Source: Curvularia clavata (lineage: Eukaryota). Taken from it: DNA of 64,000 bases. A program made the position numbers and the translations under genes. The stretch lies in contig CP089275.1 in assembly GCA_023920165.1 (NCBI GenBank), forward strand, positions 2,046,001 through 2,110,000, read 5' to 3'. Below the pieces are notes generated by a model. It made no database searches. It was not told where the DNA came from and saw nothing but the letters and a program-made list of their open reading frames with translations. Shown here one piece after another: positions 1 through 10,846 of the stretch (its first letter is position 1; every line of letters starts with the position of its first letter).

Positions 1-244
1 GAGACAGGGACCGTTGGGCAAGAGCGAGAAGGAGCAACAGCAGGCGTTGTTTGTGCAAACGCAACGCACAAACATGCTGGCGGAGCAGGTCAAGGACGCT
101 GACTATCGGATGACGCTTACCAAGGAGTACATTGACAACCAGAAGCGAGTCAACAAGAGGCAAGGGAGCAACGGGGATGCCATGGACACTGCATGGGACG
201 ATGGTCTGGACGCTGAGGAGGACATTATGGGAGATTTGCACTGA
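1..244 (+). CDS. 3' end of a gene entering the window; probably COP9 signalosome subunit 3 (CSN3) C-terminus
   Basis: Open frame from base 2 to TGA at 242-244. The tail ...DADYRMTLTKEYIDNQKR...DAEEDIMGDLH resembles fungal CSN3 C-termini from memory; the PCI domain itself is outside the window. Confidence 0.45.
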   Translation, partial: RQGPLGKSEKEQQQALFVQTQRTNMLAEQVKDADYRMTLTKEYIDNQKRVNKRQGSNGDAMDTAWDDGLDAEEDIMGDLH

Positions 245-1235
245 AGATGAAGTATGTATGCCGAGTGGGTGGGATGTCTGACATGGCTGTGGGTGATAAC
301 GGTGCCGCATAAAAGTGGCTGACATGGGTGATGGATGTGGCCATGGGATACATGTACATGTCACATTGGCGGTATGGAGAGGTAGAAGAAGCAATCAAGC
401 AGTGCAGCGGCCATGACGGCGTGGCAGCAAAGGCGCAGGAACGAGAGAGTGAGTGGTTGGTTGGTTGGCCGTGTTTACTTTTGGTGCGTGTGCTTTTCGT
501 GTCAGACGCGGCATGTGGGGTCTCCGGGAAGGATTCGGAGCGGATGGGCAGCCGAGAGTGGACGAGAAAAAGGAGATGAGATGAGGTCAAAAGAAAAAGT
601 GGAGGGCAAGGCCATGTGATGATTTGGCAATACGCGACTAGTACGACGACTACTTTGGACTACGGCTTGGAGTAGTCGGCGAGGGATTTACAGGGTCCAA
701 GCGTGGGTGCGTGGGCGCCAGCGATGCAGAGGTGGACCGCGCCGCCATGGCCGGCAGGCACAGGCAGAGGGCAGCATAAAGAGGGGTAATAAGGACAGGG
801 AAATGAAGACGACGAGGCGTGCGCAATGGCGAGTTTAGATGGGCTTTTGTGGCTAAGCACAGGCACTGGTTCGCCGTCGTGGGTGCGCGCTGGGCTGCTT
901 TGGGGACGAGAACCCCTGACGGCCGCCAAGTGCCGACCGCCGACGCTCCGCATTCGTCGATGCTGCCCTGTTCTAGGGGTCCTGATGGCTGACGAGAGAC
1001 GCACCACCGCAACACGTCTTGGATTCCACATTCACTCACATTCCACATCCACACCTCTCTCTCTCCACACCACTACACTCCACCAACGCCCGCCTGCGCC
1101 CTCGTCCTCGCTCTCGCCCACCTGCACGCCCGCCGCCCTGAGCGCGTTCCTGCTTGGGCAACCATGCCTGCATCCGCTGTGCATTAACCGCTGGCTGGGC
1201 CTGAGACACGCCTCCTCCCGCCATATATCTCCAGC

Positions 1236-4200
1236 ATGAATACCCAGACCGAACCCCCCGCACCACCACCACCACCACCACCACCACCAAGGCCTGGACA
1301 AGGAGAAGGTCCCGCCGGCCCAGCTGGTCCAGACGACCTCCCCGCCCCATCGCAATCCCACCACCATCACCGCCGCCAGTCTTCCTCCGTCGGCGCCGTC
1401 AAGCGGTCAGCCTCACTCAAGGACGCCAATCCGAACCCCAACTCGTCGCCCAAACCCCACAAGCGGGCTACGCCGCCCCCTTCGGCCGCCAGACGTCGTT
1501 CGAGCGCGGCCAACGGCGCAGCAGACGGCATTGGGCCTCTGATCGACCACGAGGGGAAGCCGCTCCCCCAGCCCTACCACCCACATCACCAACACCACCA
1601 CCAACAACCAAGCTACTCGCGGAAGCTTAGCATCACGTCCATCACCGCCGCCCCCACTGCCAATGGCGCTGTACCACGCCCAGCCTCGCCCTCACGCATC
1701 CATTCCTCGCCGCCCGCCCGCTCCTCCAAGCTGCACGCTTCCGCTGCCCGCTCGCCTACCTCCAGTCCCCGCCGCTCCCGCACTCGCTCCCCTGTTCACG
1801 ACCCCCCACCCACACTGACTGCACCCCCAAAGCTGCCTTCGCTGCCCCCAATACTGCTGCCCTCGACCGTGTACGACCCAAACACCCCCACTACCAGCTC
1901 CACGGCAAACTCGCCATCTGCATCTAGCCTGTTTGCCCCGAACCTGCAGTCCGTGAATGCCCCGCGAGATTACTTCAACTCCAAGCCAACTCCGTCCCAG
2001 CCCCCCGTCCAGCGCCTGCCTCCAGGCACAAAAGCCGACAAGGTGCTGGCCAAGTCCCCTCTTGGCTCGCCCGCCATTCTCAACGAGGCGGGCCCAAGAC
2101 ACGATTCCGCTTCGGGCCCAGATCGGCCCTCTACAGTACGGCGCCCGTCGCTTGCTGCAGGCACTACTGCCGCTACTACCACCTCTACCACTACCACTGC
2201 CGCCATCACCAGAGACTCCGCACAAAAGCCAAAGCCCCCAACCCCTTCGGGCCACAAGCAGGTACCACCACGACACAGCAGAGGTCACTCCAGAAGCGGC
2301 AGCAGGGCCTACCCCACGAGTCCGACTAGGGATCACCACCGCAACGAAAGCAACACCAGCGCGAAGCTGGACGACCACTTTCAGGGCACCCCTCCTCGCA
2401 CCCGCGAGCGGAGGGAAAAGGACAAGAAGACTATGCTGTCGCGCGCCCTGCAAAAGGCAAACACCGCCGTCCTGCTCGACAATGCCCAGAACTTTGAAGG
2501 CGCCATGGAGGCGTACGAGGACGCTTGCAAGCTCCTGCAACAGGTCATGGTCCGCAGTTCCCAAGAAGAGGACAGGCGCAAGCTAGATGCTATCCGAGTA
2601 ACATACACCAACCGGATAGAAGAGCTCCGCCGACTCGACCCGGCCTACACCCATGGCAGCGGAAAGTCATTGCCTGCGCGTCCCATGAGTGGAGAATCGC
2701 TGGACGAACACCGCTCAATGCTCTTGCTCGAGGATGACGATGAAGAACCTGCAGTGATACAAACGGCCTCTGTTTCGCGCATAGTAAATGACGCTTCGGT
2801 ATACGACAATTCCTTTGCCAGCGAGCCAGAACAACCGCCCTCACACCAACTGCCCCTGCGCAGCGACTACCAAGGTCCCCGCGAATCAGTCATCTCGACT
2901 GCCATTCGCGATGTGCAAAAGGGCATGCAGAACTCGCATTTCAGCCTGCAACCTCCACCCGGGCGACTCGCGCCTCCCACAGCTTCGAGCCGTTCTTCAG
3001 GTACCGAATCGGCAATGGACCGTACCTACATGCCTCCACCCCTTTCTCCAAGGCGACCCAAGTCCCCCTTGTTCGACAGCCAGGCCGAATCCAGGCATGA
3101 TGAACCCGGCCAACTGTTACAACCGCAGTCATCGGGACTGCAATCCAACCACCAGCGAGTTCACAGCAACGAGTCTACATCATGGCTTGATACCATTGAC
3201 GAATCTGGAGGATCGTCGTGCTCATCAGTGCACTCCATGTCCCCGGGAGGGCCACGCCGAAAACATCTACGGAACCCGAGTGGAGAGACCGAAGCAGAAT
3301 TTGACGCGGCGCTCGATGCAGCCGTCGAAGCTGCATATGACGATGGCTACGAACCTTATGATGACGACATGTCTACCTCAGCTGACCTCATAGCAACCAA
3401 GCTGCGCAGTGTGGAACTGGCAAAGGAGCGCGTACGGGAAGCAGAAAGAGAGGAGGCGATTGCAGCGGCCAAGTTTCGCTACAAAGAAACCCAGCTTCGG
3501 AACGAGGCGTTACCACATGTGCGCGAGACTTCCGAAATCAGTTTCAACGAGGAGGCGGAAGAGGAGGAACGGCTGTTGGATGAGATGACCAGGGAGTACA
3601 TGCTGGATGGTTTCGATTTCGACCTGCAAACAAAGTCTGCGCTGCCACGGCAGTCAGACTCGAGCAACATTTCTGGAAGCACGTACAACAGCTCGATATC
3701 GTCGCACAGGACAACGGGTGGAACGTCGCTCTCAACCGTCACGGAAGTGATACACCCGCCCGCCAAGTCAGTGCCTGCGCATTCTCCGCCTTCGGTTCCC
3801 GCTCCATCGGGCGCTCTGCCTGCATTGCCTCCAGTTCTCGAATCACAAGCATTGCACCCGACCGACACAACAGAGATTACGCCTCGACCGACTACCGCGA
3901 CCAAGGACGCTGCTTCGGTACGCAGCCGCAGACTGTCAGGGCAAAACGCAAAATCACTCAAGATCGAGACTTCAGTGGCGCATGTTGCGCCTGCACCGCA
4001 TACGGAGAAGCCACCAGTACCCGCCAAAGATGTCCCCACCGATCTCCCGGTCCAGCCCAAGTCAGCAGCACCCTTTGGTACAGGCAAACCTTCGCTAGAC
4101 ACCACATTCAAGCTCCCCGCACTGCCTCTACAAACTGGTCTCGCCGCTCCATCGCCACAGCCTACGCTGTACAGTCCCGCAGAGGCTGGTCCCACATCGT

Positions 4201-5543
4201 CACCAGCAGCACATAATGTCTCTAGTGAGGCTGGTCTTGTACCAGGTTCCCCAAAGACCGGAAAATCCCAAACCTTGGGTATCAGAAAAAACAAATCTTC
4301 ACTAAGCCTGAAGCAGCGGAATCTATCCGTGTCCAGCCCAGATGGCTCAGATGCATCCATCGGGACACCACTCAGCACAAGTTTCTCCCTCACTGGACGG
4401 AAACCCAGCAATGCCGGACTGCCTCTTCCAACGCCTAGCCTCCCCACATTTAACATGGATGGCTTGCCAAGCGGTGGTTTGCACCTGTTTGAGAGCGATA
4501 TCCACTCGCCTTTCTCGCCTGGATCACCAAGCCCTGCAGTCTCAAACGCACCCATTCCACTAGAACCATGTCCGGACTCGTACCTGTTGAGGCCATTTTG
4601 GTTAATGCGGTGCTTCTACCAGACCATTGCACATCCCCGAGGCGGTTACCTCTCAACCAAACTCTTCATTCCGCGCGATGTATGGCGCGTCAAGGGTGTC
4701 AAGCTGAAGAATGTTGAAGACAAGATTGCCAACTGCGACATGCTCACTGCAGCCTTGCAGAAGCTAGCCGCAGTCGACACAAACGACGCAGATGCTGTAC
4801 TCGAGGAGATGCAATCACTAGAACTGGTGCTTGACCAGGTGCAAGCCCAGTTGGCTAAGAAGCTCGGCAACGAAGTTGGCGTACAATCCGTTTCAACGCT
4901 ATTCAAAGATGCAACTACTGTGGGCGAAGGTGCAGCATCTGCAGACGGCTCTACCCGGGGTCAGACGAGTAGCCAGGATTTTGTGCCCAAGGGCGCTGTT
5001 GCCCAGGGAAAATCGTACCTGGCATCGTGGCGCAAGCTGCGATCCAAGAACTCTGGTGTCAATCTTGCCAGCATGGCTACCAGTGCCACAAGGAGTACCG
5101 AGGTGCCCAAGGATACGCTTGTCATGTCTACACTGCCCATGACAAGTCTAACCAACATCCGTTTTGCGAAGCGCGATATCTCGGGCATGAACTTGGAAGG
5201 ACCGAATGCAGGATACATGGGCTCTTTGGCGCGATTGTTTGATGCAGTCCAGATACTGGGTAAGTTTTGTTTTTTGTGTCTCACTTTTTTCCAACCGCTC
5301 TTTTTCCCCAACACAACAAACCCACTGACATGTACGTGTGTTGCGTCACGCACAGATCAAATAGCGCGACAAGTCGAAGACCCAGGTCTTAAGCATTCGT
5401 CTCCTACCCACGTTGGTCTCGAGCTGTCGGCTCGCCATGCCGCAGAGTTTTTTGGCTTCTACATTTGTCGCTTCGTTCTCTCGGACGTTACGCTCATGCT
5501 GGATAAATTCATCAAGAGAGGGAGTGAGTGGGTGCTGGTATAA
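1236..5543 (+). CDS. MIT-domain protein (long Pro/Ser-rich disordered regions, conserved fungal C-terminal domain)
   Basis: 1435-codon ORF. MIT-like three-helix segment KTMLSRALQKANTAVLLDNAQNFEGAMEAYEDACKLL...DAIRVTYTNRIEEL. One intron, 5260-5355 (GTAAGT...CTGAC...CAG, 96 nt). Confidence 0.85.
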   Translation: MNTQTEPPAPPPPPPPPPRPGQGEGPAGPAGPDDLPAPSQSHHHHRRQSSSVGAVKRSASLKDANPNPNSSPKPHKRATPPPSAARRRSSAANGAADGIGPLIDHEGKPLPQPYHPHHQHHHQQPSYSRKLSITSITAAPTANGAVPRPASPSRIHSSPPARSSKLHASAARSPTSSPRRSRTRSPVHDPPPTLTAPPKLPSLPPILLPSTVYDPNTPTTSSTANSPSASSLFAPNLQSVNAPRDYFNSKPTPSQPPVQRLPPGTKADKVLAKSPLGSPAILNEAGPRHDSASGPDRPSTVRRPSLAAGTTAATTTSTTTTAAITRDSAQKPKPPTPSGHKQVPPRHSRGHSRSGSRAYPTSPTRDHHRNESNTSAKLDDHFQGTPPRTRERREKDKKTMLSRALQKANTAVLLDNAQNFEGAMEAYEDACKLLQQVMVRSSQEEDRRKLDAIRVTYTNRIEELRRLDPAYTHGSGKSLPARPMSGESLDEHRSMLLLEDDDEEPAVIQTASVSRIVNDASVYDNSFASEPEQPPSHQLPLRSDYQGPRESVISTAIRDVQKGMQNSHFSLQPPPGRLAPPTASSRSSGTESAMDRTYMPPPLSPRRPKSPLFDSQAESRHDEPGQLLQPQSSGLQSNHQRVHSNESTSWLDTIDESGGSSCSSVHSMSPGGPRRKHLRNPSGETEAEFDAALDAAVEAAYDDGYEPYDDDMSTSADLIATKLRSVELAKERVREAEREEAIAAAKFRYKETQLRNEALPHVRETSEISFNEEAEEEERLLDEMTREYMLDGFDFDLQTKSALPRQSDSSNISGSTYNSSISSHRTTGGTSLSTVTEVIHPPAKSVPAHSPPSVPAPSGALPALPPVLESQALHPTDTTEITPRPTTATKDAASVRSRRLSGQNAKSLKIETSVAHVAPAPHTEKPPVPAKDVPTDLPVQPKSAAPFGTGKPSLDTTFKLPALPLQTGLAAPSPQPTLYSPAEAGPTSSPAAHNVSSEAGLVPGSPKTGKSQTLGIRKNKSSLSLKQRNLSVSSPDGSDASIGTPLSTSFSLTGRKPSNAGLPLPTPSLPTFNMDGLPSGGLHLFESDIHSPFSPGSPSPAVSNAPIPLEPCPDSYLLRPFWLMRCFYQTIAHPRGGYLSTKLFIPRDVWRVKGVKLKNVEDKIANCDMLTAALQKLAAVDTNDADAVLEEMQSLELVLDQVQAQLAKKLGNEVGVQSVSTLFKDATTVGEGAASADGSTRGQTSSQDFVPKGAVAQGKSYLASWRKLRSKNSGVNLASMATSATRSTEVPKDTLVMSTLPMTSLTNIRFAKRDISGMNLEGPNAGYMGSLARLFDAVQILGKFCFLCLTFFQPLFFPNTTNPLTCTCVASRTDQIARQVEDPGLKHSSPTHVGLELSARHAAEFFGFYICRFVLSDVTLMLDKFIKRGSEWVLV
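1261..1288 (+). repeat. (CAC)n microsatellite encoding poly-Pro
   Basis: caccaccacc run inside the MIT gene N-terminus. Confidence 0.9.
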
Positions 5544-6761
5544 TGTGTGTATGTGTACAACAGAGAGAAGAGACGAGAAACAAGTATCCATTTTTTTCTT
5601 CATCGTCTCGCTCGTTTACACACGTTCTATACCACCTCTCTTTCCTTCTTTCTTGTTCTTCACGCGCACTGTTTTTTTCTCTTCGCGCTCTCTCTCTCTT
5701 CCTCTCTCTGCGCCTTGCATGAATCAAACGGGCGATGGGGTGGACATCTGATTCTTGTTCGTCGGTCGGTCGATTCTAAACTCTCTTCTGCTCCTCGTAA
5801 TGACAAACAAGAAGGCTTTGCCTTTGCTGCATTGCACTTGATGATGCGTTTTCTTTATGGCTGCATCTTCTTCTACTTCTCCGCCGGTGTAGGATCCCTT
5901 ACGTCATGGACTCGTTGCTTTTTTTGTCGCTTCGTTTCGTTGCTGCTGTCTCCTTCCTGCTTCAGATTCTTTTTCTCAGATGAGCTGCGCGTCGTTTCTG
6001 TTCATTCGTCGCTTCGTTTTTTTTCCTCGTCATAGTTACAAAGGGGAAAGGGACGATGCGCCCACAGAGAGAGAGAGAGAGAGACACCAGCATGCAGCTG
6101 GAGACGATGAAGAGTATGTTTGGGATAAAGGAAGACAATTACATGGAGACAAGGGACAAGGGATTGCTGGATACCGTTCTGGGTAATGAAGTCATGGATT
6201 CTGTCTGCTAGTTTTGTTTCTTTCATCTTTTTGCTCAATTCCCCCTTTCTCTTGGCTTTTTTGATTCCCTGGGTTCACAAGTGCGTATGAGTATTGCTGT
6301 TTTGCAATTTTATTTTATCTTTTTGCTCTCCTGGTTGTCGAGTGGATAGATTTACTTCCTCCATCCTCGACTAGCAGTTACCGTCTTTTTTTTTATTGCT
6401 TTGGCTTTTCCAATCAACTGTATGTACGTCTCTCTCTCTTTGAAGATATCCCCCCAACACACCTGCTGTTATTTCCATCTTACGTAGCTTAGCTTAGTTT
6501 TAGTTAGCTATCAGTTAGCGCAATTGAAGTATCGCTTTCGCCATCGTCAGTATATCAACTTTGTACTGTGTGTTGTTTTGGACTCATTTTCTTTTCTCTA
6601 GAGAGAAGGTGCGAAGGCAATGTTTATTCTTGTAAACGTGTAGAAAAGAGGAGGAAGGAAAAGGCTCTACTATCTAGTGTGACAGACCAACGAGCGGCGC
6701 AAAAGCGTACTGAGAATAATATCACGTCCGCGATACCAAAGGCAAAGGGGGATAGACTTGT

Positions 6762-7850
6762 TCAAACAACCAAACGACTCGCCATGACCTTTTCCTCCGT
6801 CACAACCATCATATGCTGATCCTCGCCATCCTCGGACTTGGCAACACTATCATAAATCGAGTCCTTCACCCCCGTCGTCTTGATATACCTCTGTTCACTC
6901 CTATTCCACAGCTCCTGGTGCGTGTAGAACTTGCCGTCCTTGGGCGGTGGTCTCCTCTTCTCCGCTCGTGGCTTCGCCACCACTGGTCGATTAGTAAATG
7001 CTGGCTTGCTTTCTTCAGCAGCATCGCTGTCATTTTCATCGCCGCTCGGTAGATTCAGTGGGCGCCCCCAGGCTGTCTGTGCGGTTTCCAAGCCGCCGCT
7101 TGCACGGATCGTGCGGATGACGGCCAGTGAGGTAATCAGGTTGGCGTTCAGCATCGCAGATTGGAATGCGGAGAGGCTCAGTTGCAGACCGCCGATTGCA
7201 TCACTGACGGGCAGGTTCATCTCGCGGTGGAAGCTGCGGCCAAGCGCGATTAGGGCGCTGCTAAGGCTGGGGAGGGATTGCACGTATTCGAGGTATGGGG
7301 AAGTGAGGTCGCTGGTTAGGTTGCGGAATGTGAGGGTCGCATTGGAGAGTATGGAAAGAGTGGGTGGAGTCGTGTTTGTAGAGGCGGTTGGGACGGCTAC
7401 GCTTGTATTCAGAGTCAAAGTGGGTGTGGTGGAGTTTGAGGGCAGTGTCGTATTGAAGGCGATGGAAACAGGGACGATGTTGGTCGACGAGAGCCATTCG
7501 TTCTGTAATGCTGGATATCAGTTTCACGGCTGCAGCTGAGAATGAAAGAAGTGCAGAGCACACACCTTATTCGTATCGAGCTGAAACTTTCCCCTCAAAA
7601 TGGTACTAGTAATGTTGTTCACCAGATCTGCAGTGCCCATGTGGCCACTGCCACCGGTAGGATTGACACCAAAGCCTCGATTAGCATTATCAGGGTCCCC
7701 GATGGCGTCTGCCGCCGCATTGATGATGCTCGTGAGATCCGCAAGGTCTTGGACTGCAGGGGCAATGGTGGCCGTGGCGATAGGGGTGAGGAGGAGACAC
7801 GATACTAGCATAATGGCAAGTCTGGAGGTGCTGTAAGGAGCTGAAACCAT
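6762..7850 (-). CDS. Putative secreted protein of unknown function
   Basis: ATG at 7850 (alternative 7811) gives the hydrophobic leader MLVSCLLLTPIATA. Intron 7565-7503 (GTGTGT...CTGAT...CAG) joins ...LDTNK to NEWLSS..., in frame with ORF 6762-7418. Thr/Ser-rich linker with several N-x-T/S sequons. Confidence 0.75.
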
Positions 7851-8579
7851 ACTAAGCTGGCGATGTGGCCGGCGGGTGTCGAGGCTACGAGGCTGGCAGG
7901 TAGGAGAATTAGGAGTGAACTGAAGTATGCTGCTACGAGCTAGGTGCTGCTGGAGTTGGTGTATGGCGGGTGATGACAGGAGATTGGAAGATGAGGTAGT
8001 GTAGACGACAACTGAAGGTGCTTGTTTAGCCTTGTGATTGAAGGAAGCCACCGTGATTTAGCAACGCATATGCTGTATTGGTAACGAAGGAACGAACAAC
8101 CGGTGAGATAGAAGGATCTACAGACCCTCTGCTATGACATACAGAAGAAAGGAACATACCCAATCGCCCATGTCTTTTGGAGATAGCCAAGTCTTGGGCA
8201 ATTTCGGTCTTGTATGTTTTCACAACTTCGTGTACCAGATTGGGTTCGCTACGTCCACTTGTTTCCCCAACGATTATATAGTTTACCGGTAGCTAAAGAA
8301 AACACAAATGGAGGGAGAAAACAGCCCAACATATCGAGGTACATAAGAAATAGAAGTAGGTGTAACATATAGCTTAGAAAGATAAGCAACCGTGACAATC
8401 CCAAGATATTAGACCGCAATTCAAACACCAAGAGTCCCAGTTCCTACCAATCGTTGGGACTTGGCCTCGGATATAATGACTTTTCTTAACGCCATACAGT
8501 CAACTAGAACCACAATGAAGGTTGACGACCATACCCCTCGAGTGGTTGTTGTGAGAGTGAGTTATTCCTGTTCCTAGGG

Positions 8580-10286
8580 CTACAAATCCATACTGTCATT
8601 CCTGGCTCGTGAATCGCTATTGGTTTTGTCATATGCTCTCCACCACAGGGCCATGTTTGCTGCGATCAACAAGTCCATCATCTTCAATCCCTCATCCTCA
8701 ATGATGATCTTTCCTAGTTTTGCTTGCTTGCCGCCCATGCCTCCTCCTGCATACTCTTGTCCAAGAGAGAGGTCTAAACGATCTTCGGCATTTTCATCTA
8801 CGTTGATTGACGACGTTGAATTATTCCGACTATGTCGACCTCGGCGAAAGAAGGAAGAGCGCTTAGATGCTTCCGTTCCTCTGGCTGTGGATCTTTTTGG
8901 ACCGCTCGGAAGATTAAACCTTAGCTCGCTCAAACTGCTGCTCGTAGGCGGTGCCCCCTGAAGTCCCGGAATGACATGGCGACACTGATATTCTGGTTAG
9001 AGTCTCCTTGATATCAGTGAAGAGAGATATAGCCACCTTTAAAGATCCTCCACCCATGCCGGTGACAAACTCACAACGGCCATTCCACGGGCTCTTGAAG
9101 ACGTAGCCACGGAAGTTTGTTTGCCTTTCAGAAAGATGAATGCTGCCGTATAGCTGGTCCTCGTGTGTTGCAAACGAGGGCGAGCGCGGAGAGCGGAGGT
9201 CCATCGTCGGCCCATCGACTTGTCCGGCATAGCTACCCTTAGAACTGGGTCGGTTGTTGGGGTCATAAGAGTTATTCCTCCTGTGCCCAAATACATTTCC
9301 AGATTGCTGAGATCCCTCTAGCCAGATGCGTCGACAGAAAGTGTTATCGCTCCCGGCCTGGCCGCTTGCTTGTGACTCTAGTGTTTCAGAGCGTCCCGCT
9401 TGCCTTGATTGAACAGACGAGCCGCTATCTCGACTTATCAATGAGGGTTGCGGTAAGTCAGAGGTATCGGAGTGGAGAAATTTAGAATATCCAGGGTTGA
9501 ACACCTGTATATACATCGGCGCCCCTGACCGTTTTTTGTTCGTAGGGTCTTTCAAGGCCGAGGATGAGATTTCGAAGATAGGTGGATCCTCTATACGAGC
9601 AACATTCCATTGGGCGCTAGATGCTGGATCTCGTCGGATGAGTGTGAGCGATGGTGCATCACGTGGTCGGTTTTCTGACCGCCGGCGTGGCAGTGGAGGA
9701 GGCCTCTGGTTTTCTTGTTGCTGTTGGCTTGAGTCAAATGAACGTCGCGGATTGTTGTAGTCCGATTCTGGAATCCCGGTCCTTTGCGAAAAACGTCCTG
9801 CGTTAATGTTTTGAGTATGGGAGTAATTATCAATGGGTGCTAGCGTGCTAGGCACAGGCTTTCGCACTGGCGCAGCAGCAGCAGTAGTTCCCGGTACAGC
9901 TTTTCGCTGAACCAGTGGGGCAGAGGAAAAGGTAGAAGCTGATAGGTCTCGGCCTGCAGCATCGTGGCTCCTGAGCTCTGGAGGATCAACGAGATAGGCA
10001 TCCTCGGGCTGGTTGACATGGACATAATATAATGAGCTTTGGATGTCTTCGGCAGTCACCACCTTCTCGCGCGGTTTCATGGGGGAGAGGAAAACATCTG
10101 AAGACGTCAGAGTGCACTTGACACGTAACATCTGCCAGCCTTACCTCTGCTACCAGGAACACGGGCGATGTACAGCACCAGCGGCTCATGCCTGAGATGG
10201 GTCGGATTTCTTGGATAAGCTGGTGGGTTAAAGGCAAGTGCTGTAAGGGACGAGAGAGATTTTGCTTCAACGACGGGCGCGGCCAT
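8580..10286 (-). CDS. Conserved fungal hypothetical protein (family often labelled 'oxidoreductase-like')
   Basis: ATG 10286 (MAAPVVEAKSLSSLTALAFNPP...LYIARVPGSR). Introns 10144-10098 and 9036-8985 join three ORF fragments. Motifs LTLIRRDP, FRGYVFKSPWNGRCEF and AKLGKIIIEDEGLKMMDLLIAANM. Confidence 0.8.
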
Positions 10287-10846
10287 GCGAGCGAATGAAG
10301 CGGCACTGATGGCGGCGGAAAGAGGAGATGATGCTGATGGCTTTGTGAGATTGGCCACGTGCGCCACGACGACTGTGTTTGTAGTCTTGGGCGGCGTTGC
10401 CTAGGATATTATATACAAGTATAAGCAACAAGCGCTCAGGTAAATGCTGGCGCTTGTGTGGCTGTGCGGACGCGTCTCCACCTGTTAAAGTATGTGTTGC
10501 GCACACAAAATGGTCGCCGGCTTGGCCTATTGCTGCGCAAGGCCAGAGACAAGGTGGATCGGGCTGACGCGCATCAATTACAGGGCTCTGCGGACGAGCG
10601 AGGCGATGCTGGTGGTGAAGGACAAGGCCGTAGTTGCGAGCACGTTAGGCTGCTTTTGGTTAGACTTGATATGGGGCTGTTGATTGGCTCTTCACGCTCA
10701 GGGTCCTAGCGCGGAAAGTGTCTGCGAAATCTTGGCCCTCCATGCATTCAGACCTCGATTTTCGCGGCCCGCACACGACACACTCGCCCCGCCAACACTA
10801 CGCCCAGTGGTTTCGCTGAGACTTGCGCACGTCTAGTCTGAACAAG

